This document shows, piece by piece, positions 61,671-64,000 of a DNA stretch of 64,000 bases. The DNA is from Terriglobia bacterium. GTDB lineage: Bacteria > Acidobacteriota > Terriglobia > 20CM-2-55-15. How positions within the stretch are numbered: position 1 is the first letter of the stretch; every line of letters starts with the position of its first letter. The stretch is taken from assembly GCA_965218585.1 (NCBI GenBank), contig CBDCLE010000020.1, positions 1 through 64,000 of the forward strand, read 5' to 3'. The notes beneath the pieces are model-generated. The model saw only the letters and a list, made by a program, of their open reading frames with translations. It was not told the DNA's origin and ran no database searches. A program made the translations under genes and the position numbers.

Positions 61671-61835
61671 GGCTACTCCAGCCAGGGACGGTAGTCGCTG
61701 CATCGGGTTATCAGGAGGATTGAGACGGGACGGACCCCGAACGAAACGGATTTCGTAATCAGAGCCAGATGTAGACGGTGAAGGAGACTAGAGGAAAAGG
61801 CCTCACAACGTAGGACGCGTTGTGAGCCCTTTCTC
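61671..61835 (+). ncRNA. Candidate GGA-rich (Csr/Rsm-like) small RNA with terminator
   Basis: Nine GGA motifs, several in hairpin loops (GGG-ACGGA-CCC; ACGAAA-CGGA-TTTCGT). Terminal hairpin CTCACAACG/CGTTGTGAG followed by CCCTTTCT. Confidence 0.5.
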
Positions 61836-61929
61836 GTTGCAGGCCGCTTTGTTGAACCTGCAAGCTGCCCCTGGGACCTCGCCAACTCCTTGATAAATTG
61901 CTGGTTGTGCCCTGTGCTATAGTCGTGGC

Positions 61930-62316
61930 GTGCCCGAATACACAGAAGCACACGCCCAATCTGGCATCGACTCCCCGTTGCCGGCAATCGAGTGCTGGGC
62001 CAATCAGTATCCCGGCTACGAGATCGACATTTCGATACCCGAATTCACTTCGATCTGCCCTAAGACCAGCCTTCCCGATTTTGGGGTGCTCCACGTCCGC
62101 TATCGACCCGACGCCCTCTGCCTCGAGTTGAAGTCCCTCAAGAACTACTTCCTTGCCTATCGGAATCTTGGAATTTTCTATGAGAACGTCGTCAACCGCG
62201 TGTTGAGAGACTTGGTCGAGGCGTGCTCCCCGATCGAGATCGAGGTAGTTGGAGAATTCAATGCCCGGGGCGGCATGCGGGCAGTCGTGAAGGCGGACTG
62301 GAAGAAAGATAGCTGA
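61930..62316 (+). CDS. queF: 7-cyano-7-deazaguanine (preQ0) reductase, short type
   Basis: PEFTSICPKTSLPDF, ELKSLKNY, RN.GIFYE, FNARGG. Confidence 0.95.
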   Translation: MPEYTEAHAQSGIDSPLPAIECWANQYPGYEIDISIPEFTSICPKTSLPDFGVLHVRYRPDALCLELKSLKNYFLAYRNLGIFYENVVNRVLRDLVEACSPIEIEVVGEFNARGGMRAVVKADWKKDS

Positions 62317-62363
62317 AAGTTATGAGTTAATAATTACAGCAGAAGTTAGTAATTCCTTGACTC

Positions 62364-64000
62364 TTAACTGACGATCTCTCTCACGCGTTCCGATATCTTC
62401 TCTGCTCCGAGACCGAAGGCTTCGAGCAGTTCGTCCGGGCTGCCTGACCGCGGCACTCCCATGACAGCGATTTTGTGGACCCTGGCCTGGTCGCCTACAG
62501 CATCGAGAACCGCGTCGCCTATCCCTCCGTCCCAGTAGTGGTCTTCGACAACCACGATCTGTCCGGTTTCCTTTGCAGCCTTCGTGAGCGTCGCAGCGTC
62601 GATCGGTTTGACGGAGTATGCGTCGATGACGCGGATGTTCACGCCCTCGGACCCGAGGGTCTCGTGGACCTTGAGAGCTTCGTGGAGCGTCACGCCGGCC
62701 CCTACGATCGTTGCTCTGTCGCTCGCGGAACTACGAAGGACCTTGGAACCGCCGATCCGGAAGTCTTCGTCTGACGGGTAGAGCACGGAAGTCTTGGGCC
62801 GGGTCGTGCGGAGGTAGGAAATGCCTGTGTGGTCAGCCATCACTGTTACGAGGTGTTCGGTCGAGACAGCGTCGCTCGGGTACAGCACGACAGAATTCGG
62901 GATTGCACGAAACATCGCGATGTCTTCCAGACCCATCTGCGAGGGCCCGTCCTGTCCGATCGAGATTCCGCAGTGGGATCCCACGAAGCAGATATTGGCC
63001 TGAGAAATCCGGGCCATGCGGATCTGATCAAAGGCGCGTGTCAGGAAGGCGGCAAAAGTGGATACGAACGGGATCTTGCCACAGGAGGACATGCCGGCGG
63101 CTACACCCACCATGTTTTGTTCCGCGATGAACATTTCAAAGAAGTGATCGGCATGTTTGTCGATAAGTTTGCCGGAGAACGTCGAGTTCTTGGTGTCTCC
63201 ATCAAGGGCCACCACGCGCGGATCCTGATCGGCCAATTTCACCAGAGCGTCGCCGTATGCCTCTCGTGTTGCCGTCCGGCTTCCGAGTTCTCTGGAAACC
63301 TTTACGCTGTGGGAGGCGGGTCCCGCGGACGAAGCAGGAGATTTCCGTGGCGAGGCGGAGAATCCGTCCTCGGCAAAAGGTTGGGACAATTCTTCGAGCA
63401 CTGCGGCGAGCTTGTCCTTGGGAACCGGCTTGCCGTGCCAGTTGTCTTTGTCTTCAAGCAGTGAGACACCCTTACCTTTGAGAGTTTTCGCGACGATCGC
63501 CCGGGGCTTGCCCGCACCTTCGTTCCGGCACTTGCCGAAGGCATCCACAATCTGGTCATAATCATGGCCGTCGATCGAGACGGCATACCAACCAAAGGCC
63601 CTGAAGATATCGGCAAAGCGATCCGCATCGAATCCATACATGGTCCGCTGGCTCTGGCCCTGACCATTGACGTCGACAATGGCGAACAGATTGTCCACAT
63701 TGTAATGACCTGCTAGTGCCGCCGCCTCCCATACTGAACCTTCAGCGCATTCGCCGTCCCCCAGCAGAGTGAAGGTGTCGTATCCGGCGCCGTCGAGACG
63801 AGAAGCCAGGGCGATCCCGAGGGCCGCGGACAGACCTTGACCCAGTGATCCGGTCGCGATGTCGATCCAGGGCATTCGGGGCGTGGGATGACCCTCCAGA
63901 TCGCTATCGAATTTTCTTAGCATCATGGGCGCGTCCGGATCAATGATGCCGGCCTCCGCATAGGCGGCCCATAGCAGGGGAGCGGCATGACCCTTGGAGA
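62364..64000 (-). CDS. tkt: Transketolase (5' end outside window)
   Basis: Frame is open to the window edge (SKGHAAP). EGHP, TGSLGQG, GDGE..EGSVWEA, IAEQNMV, GQDGPSQM. Confidence 0.95.
   Translation of the reverse strand, partial: SKGHAAPLLWAAYAEAGIIDPDAPMMLRKFDSDLEGHPTPRMPWIDIATGSLGQGLSAALGIALASRLDGAGYDTFTLLGDGECAEGSVWEAAALAGHYNVDNLFAIVDVNGQGQSQRTMYGFDADRFADIFRAFGWYAVSIDGHDYDQIVDAFGKCRNEGAGKPRAIVAKTLKGKGVSLLEDKDNWHGKPVPKDKLAAVLEELSQPFAEDGFSASPRKSPASSAGPASHSVKVSRELGSRTATREAYGDALVKLADQDPRVVALDGDTKNSTFSGKLIDKHADHFFEMFIAEQNMVGVAAGMSSCGKIPFVSTFAAFLTRAFDQIRMARISQANICFVGSHCGISIGQDGPSQMGLEDIAMFRAIPNSVVLYPSDAVSTEHLVTVMADHTGISYLRTTRPKTSVLYPSDEDFRIGGSKVLRSSASDRATIVGAGVTLHEALKVHETLGSEGVNIRVIDAYSVKPIDAATLTKAAKETGQIVVVEDHYWDGGIGDAVLDAVGDQARVHKIAVMGVPRSGSPDELLEAFGLGAEKISERVREIVS

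Noticed and set aside
61836-61929. preQ1 riboswitch upstream of queF
   Set aside because: No preQ1-I stem with A-rich tail is visible, and the -10 element lies directly before the GTG.

Overview
Bacterial chromosomal window. Gene content suggests Acidobacteriota (inference: mammalian-type transketolase, CxxxY-CcmE ccm operon, S9 peptidase, ASST, Ser/Thr kinase). It has four blocks. (1) 1-9.5 kb is accessory, decaying DNA beyond the 3' end of tRNA-Ala(GGC): frameshifted deacylase and PQQ sugar dehydrogenase, an S9 peptidase, an IS21-interrupted 3-repeat protein, an HExxH peptidase remnant and an internally deleted IS5. (2) 9.6-46.3 kb is mostly core: IS256 in the tail of a pseudopilin gene, a CHASE2 kinase/sigma54 regulator/FecR module, GGDEF, argS, larC-metG-tatD-ispB, PBP1A, lepA, ROK, NupC, macro, DUF72, PPIase, cyclase and ASST. 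(3) 46.5-53.9 kb is a plasticity zone with gene fragments, IS3, IS1380 and an IS256 remnant. (4) 53.9-64 kb holds dsbA-vkor-ccmEFH..ABCD, queF and tkt. The most notable unannotated signal is a family of Xer/dif-like 11-6-11 sites in the plasticity zone. Two of them are 39-bp direct repeats with identical spacers that bracket one apparently promoter-less gene as a 438-bp cassette. A third copy is inverted and there are further half-sites. Also notable are a GGA-loop (Csr/Rsm-like) sRNA candidate upstream of queF, a highly structured argS-larC intergenic region, and recurrent leaderless promoter architecture on core genes. All calls come from reading the sequence only; no database searches were run.
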